64,000 nucleotides of DNA from Ginglymostoma cirratum (Eukaryota), in the NCBI GenBank assembly GCA_024137785.1, contig JAHRHZ010000068.1, positions 1,293,425 through 1,357,424 of the forward strand. Reading direction: 5' to 3'. Both the position numbers and the translations under genes were made by a program. Under the pieces are notes generated by a model that did not search any database, was not told the origin of the DNA, and saw only the letters and a program-made list of their open reading frames with translations. Shown here piece after piece: positions 37,986 through 49,621 of this stretch (position 1 is its first letter; the number at the start of each line of letters is the position of its first letter).

Positions 37986-38750
37986 CTGACTTTTGAAAAT
38001 CTCCTTTTTTTAAAAACTGCCCATCTGACAATTTCGTAAAAAGTGTAAATCAAGTGCAGCCATTTATAATATCAATGATAACGACTTGAATCTGCTTCAC
38101 ACCTCTTAATTTTTGTCCAAATAAACAAACAGGCATTGAAAAACCCCAAAGAGGCAAGTAACTAAGTACAAGGCAATAAAGATGTAACTCAGACAAAGCA
38201 TAACTCCAAACTTCAAGATACGTAAGCAGACCTCTGCTGAGTTAAATCTATTATCCTTTCTTGGAACAAAGTGAAGCGTTCATAATGAAATAAATACTGT
38301 TGCCCATCTGTTCAAACTACTTCCAAGAGATGTAAAAGCTGGAGGGCCTAGCAACCCAGAATTGAAAGGATCAACAATCCATGAAGCAGAGCTTGTCTTG
38401 TAATCTGCCAGTCTTGCCCTCTGCCTATTTGGCTCTCACTGAAGGGTTGCCTTGAATAGTGGTGGTAGGTCTGCCTCCAGCTAGCCAATACCAGGAGAAT
38501 GAACTACTGGTTGAGTGGAATGACTTTCGGAACTTGGAACCATGCCATTAGGAAACAGCGTGGTTTCTGAATTTGTGATGAAAATACAGTCCCTTTAAAG
38601 TTATTTCCCTCAACTTGTTGAGTTGATCAATATTTGCTCTACCCAGATAATTCAGTATACCTAGGAACAGACCTGGGCTAATTTATCCTCCTACCTGAAA
38701 GATACCTCCTCAAAAGAGGTTATTGGTTTTCAGGAACACTATTGCAGTGT

Positions 38751-39053
38751 GGGGTGGCACGGTGGCTCAGCGGTTAGCACCGCTGCCTCACAGTGCCAAG
38801 GACCTGGGTTCGATTCCAGCCTTGGGTGTCTGTCTGTGTGGAGGTTGCACATTCTCCCTGTGTCTGCATGGGTTTCCTCTAGGTGCTCTGGTTTCCTTCC
38901 ACAGTCTGAAGATGTGCAGGTTAGGTGAATTGGCCATGCTAAATTGCCCATAGTGTTTAGGGTTGTTGGGGGGTGGGCCTGGGTGGGATGCTCTGAGGTT
39001 CAGTGTGGAATTGTTGGGCCAAAGGGCCTGTTTCCACACTGTAGGGATTCTAT
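38751..39053 (+). mobile_element. HE1-type SINE with intact Pol III boxes
   Basis: A-box TGGCTCAGCGG (38763-38773), B-box GGTTCGATTCC (38807-38817), CR1-type tail GGCCTGTTTCCACACTGTAGGGATTCTAT. Confidence 0.92.
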
Positions 39054-39551
39054 AAGAGTCATGCTTCCTTCTTCAAGGAAAACTATAGGTCTCCCAGACT
39101 CACAGTAAATCATCATACACCTAGGATGCCAGTGACAATGATTTATGGCAAAGGTGTGTGTGTGCGCACCAAATTTATACTTTATTGACATATGGATATG
39201 CATAAGATGCAATTAAAAAGAAACTGAGTTTGTGCAAGGACCTGGTTTATGCAAATGTTAAATATGAAATGTGGCACTTTGTACCATGTAGATATGTGCT
39301 GCCAATCTAGTAAACCTGATAATTCTACAATGATGCTAAGTTCCTTGAAGCAGTCCATTACTGTTTAATATCCCTGTGGGAATACATGATTGTGCCAACA
39401 CCCTCTTCACACCAGATTGTTGCATTGCTGCCCTCTTGGACAGTGTTTTAGTGCTCCCAATTGAATAACGTGCACTTTTTAAATATGTTATAGAGCAGCA
39501 CATATGTTTCATCACCATAGAATAGTGGATAACTCCTCAGCAACTTTGTTA

Positions 39552-39755
39552 AATCATAGATTTGTAGAATCCCTACAGTGTGGAAACAGGCCCTTTGGCC
39601 CAACAAGTCCACACTGACCCTCAGAGCATCCAAACCAGACCCATCCCCCTATAACCCACCTAATCTACACATCCCTAAACACTAGGGGCAATTTACCCTG
39701 GCCAGTCCACCAAGCCTACACATCTTTGGACTGTGGGAGGAAACCACTGAGCCAC
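39552..39755 (-). mobile_element. HE1-type SINE with internal deletion
   Basis: Tail and 3' body intact; GGGAGGAAACCA joins directly to CTGAGCCAC (head), deletion at AACCA microhomology. Confidence 0.85.
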
Positions 39756-40019
39756 TTGCCAACAAGCGTGGTTTTCCATCTCCTCCAGCGAGTTTCAATT
39801 GACTTTTTTTTGACATTTTTGTCCCCCTCTTTCAGCCTTTGTCACCTTTTTGCTTTAAATGGTAGCAACATTGCAATCTGCTCCCCCCTCCTTTAGATAA
39901 CTCACTGTCTAAGGCCAAGGAAGCATACGACATTATAAAGACGAGCCAATCCTGGGCAATTTAATGCACGCTTGTTCATTGAGTTCTTGGTAACAGTTGC
40001 TAGCTGACTCATTTCTAGG

Positions 40020-40110
40020 TCCGTAGGAACAGGGATAGACCATTCAGCCCATTGAGCCTGTTATGTCATTCAACACAATCATGGCTTATTGAACCTTGAT
40101 TGGACCTCAG
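40020..40110 (-). mobile_element. CR1 3' end fragment
   Basis: TAGGAACAGGGATAGACCATTCAGCCCATTGAGCCTG...ATCATGGCT. Confidence 0.55.
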
Positions 40111-41129
40111 GTGTTGCACTCTGAAAAAGATATTAGAGGGAATGATGTCCCAATCCCCATAATCCACTTTTCCAGACTGTGAATTTATCCTTGAGCAGTA
40201 CCTTATTCCTCTCTTTTCATACCTTGAAAATTGTCTGACTCTGCTTATGGTTCCATGAGACTCAGCCACCATCTTGTATCTTATTTATTGTAACTCAGGA
40301 AAGTTACAACATCTAGGAAGTCCAACTGTGACATGCAGGCATCCTAACTGAGCCAGATCTGTGTTCACCTGACATTTAAGAATGCATACTTCCACTAATG
40401 AGCAGGAATGGGATCCTGATTTTTTTTTCTTAGCCAAGGGATACCGATCCCAAACACAATGATCCGTACCATCGCATAGACTGAGATTGGCAAGGTTGGC
40501 GGTGCATAAATGCTTAGAAACTTCCTGTTTTGCAACACAGTACCACATTATGTTGTACATTTGTATAATGAGTCACTTCGGCTGCACCAAAACACCAGTA
40601 CAATACTTATTTAATAAAAATGATTACATGCTCATACCGGTGAGAAGCAGTAAAGGGAATGTAGTTAAGAGCTAGACCTGCAGCAATCATGCTGAATCTC
40701 CTGCCCTTGCTTCTTTTCAGTACGATACTTTACTGGAAGCAAGAGATGGCTGAATTCACTGTTTTCTCTGTATCATAAATGTACAACTGTGTAAGGAGAA
40801 AAGGGTCAAGTGATTTTAAAAGAACTGCTACGTGTAAAGATTCACCATTAATATGCTGAGGAGTAAAATGTTAGAACTTTGGGGAAGGATAAAATGTCAC
40901 CTTGGGTTGTGAAAAAGACATTTGAAATCCAGTGTGAAAAATGATACCCCTGTATCTACAATGAGTTCAATTTCAACATGTATTAACTAATTATGAACTC
41001 GAGATTATGGAATCATTCTGCGGCCTTGAACCATAGAGCTAAGAGTGAGGGTGTGGAGGGAACCCTGATTACTGTGGACGCAATGTTAAGTCGTTCTTTT
41101 GTGACCCTCAAAGGGGTAGCAACTTTTTT

Positions 41130-41360
41130 TACATTGGTTTTTGAGAGGCTGAGAAATACATTACCAGAATTAGTGATTAAAAGATTGACCATGACAAATT
41201 GAAAAGTATGTTAGGTAAGTGTTTGATGGAAAGGAGAATAAAGTGGTTTGGAAATAGAGTGGATAAATGAGATTAGTACTACTTATCTGGTGGAGGATAA
41301 GCATTAATGTGGACGGTGTGGTTAGGACAGCCTGTTTCTCTTCCAGGTTGTAATGTTGTG
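41130..41360 (+). mobile_element. Decayed CR1 3' end
   Basis: TGAGAAATACATTACCAGAATTAGTG..TTAGGTAAGTGTTTG..GCCTGTTTCTCT. Confidence 0.45.
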
Positions 41361-44300
41361 AAAGGTGTACGGAATATGCTGTTCTGAACTCTGAGCTGAC
41401 AATGTATGTGCAGAACTGCAAATGTTGTGTTTAATTGGCTTACACTTAAGAGAAATCTTTTTCAATCAGCATATCAGGAACAGCACAAAAGCTAAGTCAG
41501 ATGTTAATTCCTGTTTCTTATGTTTAGTTATTTAAAGTTAAATTGCACAAGGCACTAATATTTTTGTAAAGTGGAATTGATGCGCCTGTTTTAAAACTTT
41601 TGTACAAGAAGAAAATGTCAGCTTTTTGTTGGAATTACTGTGCTTGAGTTTTGGTTCAATTTTACATCCTAATTTTAATGATTGTTAGTTGAGAAGTTTT
41701 AAAAATAATTTTAAGCGCAATATTTACCTTGAAGTTAAGAATTTGATATTCTAACATCATCAAATTGAGCAGGATAAAGTAAGCTGATAAGCTAAAATTA
41801 ATTGTAAACATTGAAAAAAGTAGTTATGTAGAAGACAACCAATTGCACTGTACAACCTCCTTGAATCTCATAAAAATTAGTTAAAAATAATTTTAGGTGG
41901 AATGAAATTAATTTGTAGGCAAATTTGGTTTATTTTGATGAAAGATGCATTGTGAATCAAATAAGCCATCATTTTCTTAAGTAGAATGTGTCTGGTTTAT
42001 AGAAAAAGATTTCTGCAAATCAGGAAAAAATCTTTACTTTTTGAGGTACTGGTATTTATTATGTTAAAATTGCTGATCGTCTATATTCATTACAGCTCAC
42101 ATATAACCGAATTACAAATAGACTACCTGTATATCCAAGGGTACTGTTATCACAGTTATCTACAATCTGACTGTACAAATACTGACCACAGTAAAGCAGT
42201 TTCTTAGTCAACAACTACAAAGAAGGTAAGCCGTAACCCAATATCTGTTTGATTGAAATTCATTTTTAAATACAAAACGCCTTTTAAGCAGGGCTTTAAT
42301 TCACAGTAGCACCTTGATTTGTGGTTGCCATGGTGAATCAAGTCTGTCATTTGACAAGAGATTCACCCATTTATGACAGCACTTTATCTTGTCTCTCCAG
42401 GGGAAGAAAATGTCATAAGTGAGAGCAGGAAAAATTAAAGCTTTGAAATACCAAAATTCCTTGATTTCATTTTCATTATTCAGCTATCATTGCCTCCTGA
42501 TAATGGCAAGTCTATGGAAATAAATAATGTTTATTCTAAAAAAAAAATTATCAAATGTTTTTGTGCTGAAACGGGCAAGGCTTTTTGATTGTCAGTCTTA
42601 TGAAGTCTAGCAAGGAATAGTATTATTAGATAAACCTTCAGTGACCAAATCTCATTTCCTTTTCATTATGGTGTCAAAATAATTATACATAGGTAATTTG
42701 TGGTGGGAATTGTGGAATGAGCAGAAAGATCAATTGCTGACGACCACTTGCAGCTCATGTTCTTAACTGGGTTGAGTTAAACAGCAGAATGTGAATGCTG
42801 ATAGAATAGGTGGCATACTACACTGGTGCGACACAGCATGCAGAACATTACCGATATACTGTATAATTGGAATCCTGCTATAATGAAAGCTTTCACACAT
42901 GGAAAATATTATTGTGTATGTTACATTGTATACAGTTAAAACTGTAGAACCCTCTTGCCATTCTGAGCTGGAATTCAAATCAAGAAATATTCACATTGTT
43001 TCCTCTCAAATAATGCAGATATTTTGAGAACATTTGAGGTTTTTTAAATATTTAAACAAGTTACTATTTGGCTATGCCTGTAACATAGAAATATTATCAT
43101 CGCCATTTTGTTAGAAAAATTCACTAATAACTTTTCCTGCCTTTCTCAAGAAGATTTGGGTAAATTTAACTGCGTTTCTTTATATTGTATGTTGTTGAGC
43201 TTGCAGAATTGTCCTAAAGCTGTATTAAACAGCATGTCAAAGCTAATTGATGAAGCAAATAAAGCAACTAATGAAATCATATCCTTTTTTGATATTGTAT
43301 TTGTTTAGGTATGTTGTGTAGCGTGTACTTAAGCCTATTGGTTTTAAGTATGTTGTTTTTGAGAAGTGGTGTATCAGAAGAACACTAATTTGGATTGTGC
43401 ATTTTGAGCATAAGCAGGCATTTCTGTAGGGGTTATGAGGGAAATCCAGCTTTGCTGCCTGTAGTATATATATGCCAATACCCTTATCTACTTGCATATA
43501 TACATTTAGTATAATCACTTCAAAAATAGAAGTTAATCTAGCTCTTATATTTTACTAGATAAAAATACATTCTGAGTCTTTTCCATTTTAAACTTCATAT
43601 TATTTGAATTTGAAAGCAGATTCTGACAAAGACTTTTTTTTTTCCTGAATCCTAATATGCCTCATCATCTGCTGTTAAAGCTCCCTTGGATTTGCACGGG
43701 TCTTGGAGTTTATTTTTGCATTTATGTGGGGTGGCCACATGTTTAACATTCAGCATTCTCAACTGACATTTGATAGGACTTTCACAATCCTTTTATAAGG
43801 GAGCTGATCCATTAGCATCACCCGTTCCTGCTGTAATATACAGGATGTTCTTCCTTCCAAAGAGCTGTACATAATCTTTTGTCAGGCCAGTAACTGAATG
43901 ATTTTTTTTTAAGCCCGGTGGGCAATACTTGTGTCCATGCGTAACATAGATAGACCGTAGTAGTCAGCAGCTGCATGCAATTTTAACTACACTCATTGAG
44001 CTGTAATAAAACAATATAAGCATCGCTCGGGGGAAACTGTATGCAGTTATCCTTAGACAACGCTTGAGCATATGAATGCAGAGCTGGATGACAAGAGGAT
44101 TTTCAGATTGTGTTTTGATTGAATTGCAGAATTGAACAGGTCCAGACTGTCAGTGGAGAGCTAATGTTTGCAGTATTACAAAAGTTTTGCTCACTGAGTT
44201 TCTTATGGTAAAATATTCAGCAGATTTTTTTTGGTGGCTGAGAACAATAAAGGGGTGAGTCCACATTTGGACAGGAGCACACTTTGCTGGGCTCACCCAT

Positions 44301-46834
44301 AATAATGCTGTTATGACAGAGAAATTATGAAGGTTAACAGGAAAGACCCAGGTCCAGGAGTGATTCCAGGCAGCTGGCAGCCAGGAGAATCGGAAACACA
44401 CCACCAATGAAAACTGCAGTGAAAAGCAAATTAAATCCCGTATCTGCCATCTCACTTGCTTTTCTGTACTTTCCTGTTTGGACTTGAAGGTGATTACAGT
44501 CAATGCAGTGACAGTTGACGGAAGCTCTGCTACAAGAGTATTTATTTACAGTGAATCGTGGTGATGCTGTGCAGGATGCGGTTTCACGCAGGATGTGCAG
44601 TCCCCACCCCCTGGTTTGATCATTTTTTTTTACAAGAAAGCAACCTGATTGCTGAGGCCATAGTCTTTTGGGAGAAAGTATTGTGTAATATGCCTCTGCT
44701 TGGAATACACTTGTAGTGCAACATCATAGGAAGTTATTTTATCATGTTGGAAGCTCAGGATCAGGGCATCTTCAGATTTAGAAGTGAATTGTACCAAAGT
44801 TATTGTTAGGGCAGAGAAGTAGGAAGTGAGCATCTTGAATTTGCTGCTGGCTATTAAAATTATATTTGCAGAAAGTTTGAAATTTAAATTGGGCAGTTTC
44901 GGATAGTCACTGCAGTAGTATTTATAGTTCCTTTCTTAAAGAAAAAATACTACTCATAAATGTAAACCAAATAAATAAATGTGTTTAACAATTTTTTGAA
45001 AACAAATAAATTAATAGGCAATCATCTTACTTGGCCTGGGCTTGTCAGAAGGTTTATTCATGTGTCCTACATACTATAGTTCCTGACAGTGCAGCAGACC
45101 CAGAAAGGACTGCAGGCTGCATCCTGCTTAGAAGGAAAATGCTTTCTTTTTTTAAACTGTGATAACAGTGTTACTTGATAAAATTTGAACTTCGTCAATG
45201 TGAAAAATCATTGCTTTTTTCAGAAAATTTTTCGCATATGGTCCTTTTTAAACTTTACTCCACCCTTTCAACTTTTAGTAAAGCTATGAACTGTTTCTGC
45301 GTAATAGTAGTGTTCATTCTGGAATTGAAATGTACCTGAAGAAAAGTTTTGTAGCATATATAAAAAGAGACAATTATGAAGCATTTGAAATTACTTTTGA
45401 AATTTTAAGACTTTTTTCTTTTGTTCACTCTGCTGATAGTATCTAGGCTGTCTTAAATGTCTACGGAGCAGACGTTTGCACTTTAAGTTGATTCTATAGC
45501 AGCGAACCCGTGCTTTGACATCTAATACCTACACAATTAAAGAATATTTTTACATGCAATTAAATCCACAGCTGTGAACCTAAAAGTTATTGTTAATATT
45601 GATTACAATGCTTCCCATATACTGAAGTTTTTTTTTTAAATTGCCAATGTTCTTTCCTTTCTCTTGCCTAGATGTTGACTCTTTGCTTGTACATGATTCC
45701 ATAGTACACTCCAGTATTGCACAAATGCTCTTTATTCATAATCTTGGTACTTTGCCTTGCCAAGTTCTTAGAATGTCTGTGTAGTTAACTCAAAAAAAGC
45801 AAGGTGTCTGTCTCCTTTCTACTTTTTTGCCCAAAAGTATTGAGTTAAAATTGCCTCTACTCCCTCTGTTTTGGTTAAATCAACACAAAGCCTGGATCAT
45901 GCCTAAGGATCTTTCTGGTTTGTGAACCTGACCTGTTTACTGGAGAAACTCACTGAACTATCAAAGGAGCCAGAGAGAGTAAAAAGTAAAATGTTTTAAA
46001 TTTAAAAAGCAGGCCTTGATTTATTGTAGTTGGTAAATTTGCAATCTTATTGCAGGGCACTATGTGCCACCCCATACACCAAAGGGAACTTTAATGTGGA
46101 GGTTTTTGGGCCCAACAAGAACTTCCATCAATTGAGAAGAATGGATCTAAAATCCTGTGGAGTCCCCTGACCTGGTAACGGGTTAATGTGCTTCTAGTAC
46201 AGTCATAACATCTTTCCTTTGCTGTACACGTAGAAAAGTGTCATTGATTACAAAGTATCTAGCTGTTGAATCATTAGCTTGGTCATAGTCTGATTCAGTT
46301 TTTCCAAAATTTATTGTAAACCGTGCTTCCAGCTGTATGTATATCCTTATCAGCATGCAGGTGTCATATTTTAATCCTTGTAATTCCCAAGCATTCTGTG
46401 AATGTCCAAACATTGCACATATATGCCTCTTTAAAGATTGACCAAACAATATTATTTGCCATTAAGGTGATAACTGAGTCTTTCTATCCATGCATGGGTG
46501 CATAATGTTTGCGTAGTTGATAGTTTGAGTTCCAATATGTTCCCCAAATGCACAGGTGAAACTTAATTTCACTTCACTGCATGATGAAGATTCACTTTCA
46601 TTTAGGTAAGTTGTAGCACAGATTAGCAAAGCCTTAACAGCTCTGACTGACAATTGAGGGAAATCTGTTTGCATTTGTGCTCAGAATTCAGCAATTGCTC
46701 TTTGTTGGAACTCAGGTTGGCTGTCAGTTGAGATGTCTATGATGTTCTCTTGATCTTTTATTGACAAGTCTCACAGCATGGATACTGTAACAACATAATT
46801 GACCCTGCTGTTAGCATTTCCCATTGATGGAAAG

Positions 46835-47061
46835 TGAAATAACTCCACAGAAACCATTATCCCATCAGAACATCACCTTTTATTTACACGTGGAAAGTCC
46901 ATGACCCTGATCTAGCTCCTTTGGAGCCAACTTTCAGAGTGTGAGGATGTCTGACACTCCTGTTTATATCTGTCAGCCAGCGCTCCCTGATTGGACCAAG
47001 TTAACAGCCTCAATCAGGGAACTATGAGGTCCACCTGGTTGACCTCATTACAATCACTGCA
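46835..47061 (-). mobile_element. Solo LTR (227 bp)
   Basis: Minus strand TG...CA termini; CCAAT, GATATAAA and AATAAA in correct order; 5-bp TSD GAAAG at 46830-46834 and 47062-47066. Confidence 0.85.
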
Positions 47062-47480
47062 GAAAGTAGTCATGTTATTGCCTTGCATGTTCCCCGAGAT
47101 GTTATGTGATTCCATCTTTATCTCTGCCAACAGCTGTAATTCATGTCTTATCAGGAATTCATGCACATTTGGAAATGTTTCAGTGTTGAATTCCTCTACA
47201 TATAGTGCCAAAGATCCAGCTCTTTTGCCATGGAGTCAGTCTTGTCATGGACATTGGGGATAATTATGTACAACACTCGAAGGCTTAGAAGTGGTTCATA
47301 CAGCCGCATGAATGTGCCTAACAAGTGGTCAAGTGATGAGGGCCAGAGCAGGTCATGCAGGCAGTAGAACAGTGAAATGGATAGAAAGATTAAAGGGTGA
47401 GAATAGTAATTTCACCTCAGGGTGATACACCTCACCACATGACTGTGATCAAATCTCTGGAGTAATACATTGATATGCAG

Positions 47481-47817
47481 TCATAGAATCATTAAAATCT
47501 GACAGTGGGGAAACAGGCCATTTGGCCCATCAAGTCTGCAACGACCCTCTGAAGAGCATTCTACCCAGACCCCTCATCCTATCCCTGTAACCCTACATTT
47601 CCTATGGCAAATCCACCTAGCCTACACATTCCTGGACACTATAGGCAATTTAGCATGGCCAATGCATCTTTGGACTGTAAGGGGAAACTGGAGCACCCGG
47701 AGGAAACCTATCCAGACATGGGGGGAGCGTGCAAAATCCACACAGTCGCCTCTGACGGGAATTGAGCGCGGGTTACAGGAACTGTGAGGCAGCAGTGCTA
47801 ACCACCGAGCCGCCATG
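47481..47817 (-). mobile_element. HE1-type SINE
   Basis: Full HE1 pattern ending CTGTGAGGCAGCAGTGCTAACCACCGAGCCGCC. Confidence 0.9.
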
Positions 47818-48559
47818 TCACCTTTCACTGTCATCCATCACTGGATGCTTCCATTGATTTATGAGAGGCACAGGGTAGTTAGTTCACTTATAAAAAGGTC
47901 TCTTTTATCAATTAAATTGATTAAACCTGACTTATCAATTATCAATTGACTTATCAATTAAATGTCATAGTTTACAGAAAATGCTGAAGCTGAGATAAAC
48001 TTTAAAATGGCTTAAGGTGGCTTACCCATATAAGTGGCTTATATGCTGACTTCCCATTTCATTGTACAAAGCAAAAAATCTTCTAGAATTTAGGGGCCAC
48101 TCATTTAAAAAGTTTGTCATCCTTGCAACAATGTCCAGGAGCTCCTTCAAGTTGTTTGCATAACTATTGCCAGTTCTACTCCATGTATACTACAGTACAG
48201 CAACATTGCTTTCAAAGTGACTGTTTTGATCTGTTCCATTGCTTCTTTCAGTCTGTGATTTTACTCCACGCTTCAGTTCCCAACGTATTATACCAGATGA
48301 TATGATATTGATCCGTGAAGCTGTTAAGCAACTAGAAATTCATATTGGCCATTGTTTGTATAGGCAGCAAAAATATCCTCCTGTATTGCATCTTCTTATA
48401 CACACTTGAAGAACACTAAAAGGTGAATTAACCCTGTCATATTTGTGGATTTGTCTAGCTGCAGAACAAAATGCTGGCTGACAAAGTTCTTGTTAAACTT
48501 TGCATCCACAACCCAATGCAGCTGTGCACAATTTGGCCCCTTTGCATGCTGGTAAATGA

Positions 48560-48708
48560 TAGTGAATTTAACCTGATGGTCGCCATGCCTCCAGTGAAGG
48601 ACAATGTTGAGAAAGCAGGGTTCATGGTATCCTCAGCAGGAATTGAACCTCTGCTGTTGGTATCAATTGCTATCAGAGACCACATGCCCAGCCAACTGAG
48701 CCAACCAA
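48560..48708 (-). mobile_element. Meta-like tRNA-derived SINE fragment
   Basis: Reverse complement aligns with 1395-1545 (GGTTGGCTCAGTTGG...GGTTCAATTCC...GCTGAGGATACCATGAA...TCAGGTTAAA). Confidence 0.6.
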
Positions 48709-48831
48709 GTGTTACAGGGGATGTGGCCAATTTATAACAAGTTAGGGTGTCATTGATAATCGCGCTGACTGAATTAATTTTGGGGTCTTATTTCCAAGCA
48801 TGATGCATGACTCCAACCACAGATAATTGGG

Positions 48832-49621
48832 TAGAAAGTCCCAGGTTGTGAACGTGTTCCATTCCTGAGTCCGTTCTCAAGTCAATTTTTATGCAAGTTG
48901 GAACATAATACAGGACAACATAAAGTAGCTGTTAATAAGTACAGGAAATGTTTGTACGTTGTTGGATCTTTAAATTTATATCACTTTTTGGGACCGAGTT
49001 CATAAGGCTCATCAAGTTGGTAATAACCTATATTATTAATACATAATAAATGAAAGACTTCAGGAAGGATCACCTGGACGAGGCAAAGGGCCACACCATT
49101 GACATATTTTTTGAGGATGGATGTAAGTTTGAAGCTAAAGTGGCAGACCAACAATAATTATATGCTTTGGATGCATCCAGCACTACTGCTATGGTCAGCG
49201 AGGCACACCAAATCAACAGTCTGCAGCTGAGATAGTTTGTCATATCTACCCAAAAACTATCCAGTTCTTAAAGTCTGGAAAGCACATGGCAGCAGGGGCA
49301 TTGGGCATGTATGGGTTGGAAATCTGCTTTTGAAGGACAAGCTAGATCTCTGCTTGAAACAGACTTGACCAACATGGCAGTACAACACCACAATACTGTT
49401 AAGGAATGCATAAACAAAAACAACTGGAATTCCCTCCCTAAGACAGTGTGGGTCTGCCTATTGTGCATGAATGCAGTGGTTCAAGAAGGAAGCTCACCAC
49501 CATCTTCTCAAGGGCAACTACAGACCGGCAATAAATGCTGGCCAGTCAGTTACGTCCATGTCTCATAACAAAAAAAAAATGAGCGTTCGTAAATCAGATG
49601 TTTGTAAATCAGGACCCCTAT
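48832..49621. mobile_element. Tigger/pogo-like non-autonomous DNA transposon
   Basis: Left AGTCCCAGGTTGTGAACG..GTTCTCAAGTCAA..TGCAAGTTGGAAC and right GTTCGTAAATCAGATGTTTGTAAATCAGGACCCC form degenerate TIRs with repeated GTTCGTAAGTC-like subterminal motifs. Confidence 0.5.
49415..49580 (+). mobile_element. LINE 3' end with poly(A), nested in Tigger-like element
   Basis: TGGAATTCCCTCCCT (WNSLP)...GCTCACCACCATCTTCTCAAGGGCAA...AATAAA...A10. Confidence 0.75.

Noticed and set aside
38751-38825. tRNA gene
   Set aside because: A/B boxes are the head of an HE1 SINE and continue into SINE body and tail
42096-42231. Plus-strand exon ending AAG|GTAAGC
   Set aside because: Weak acceptors, stops in frames from the first acceptor, no recognisable peptide
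47905-47962. TTATCAATT repeats as a regulatory array or CRISPR-like locus
   Set aside because: Short irregular local duplication with no spacers; eukaryotic context
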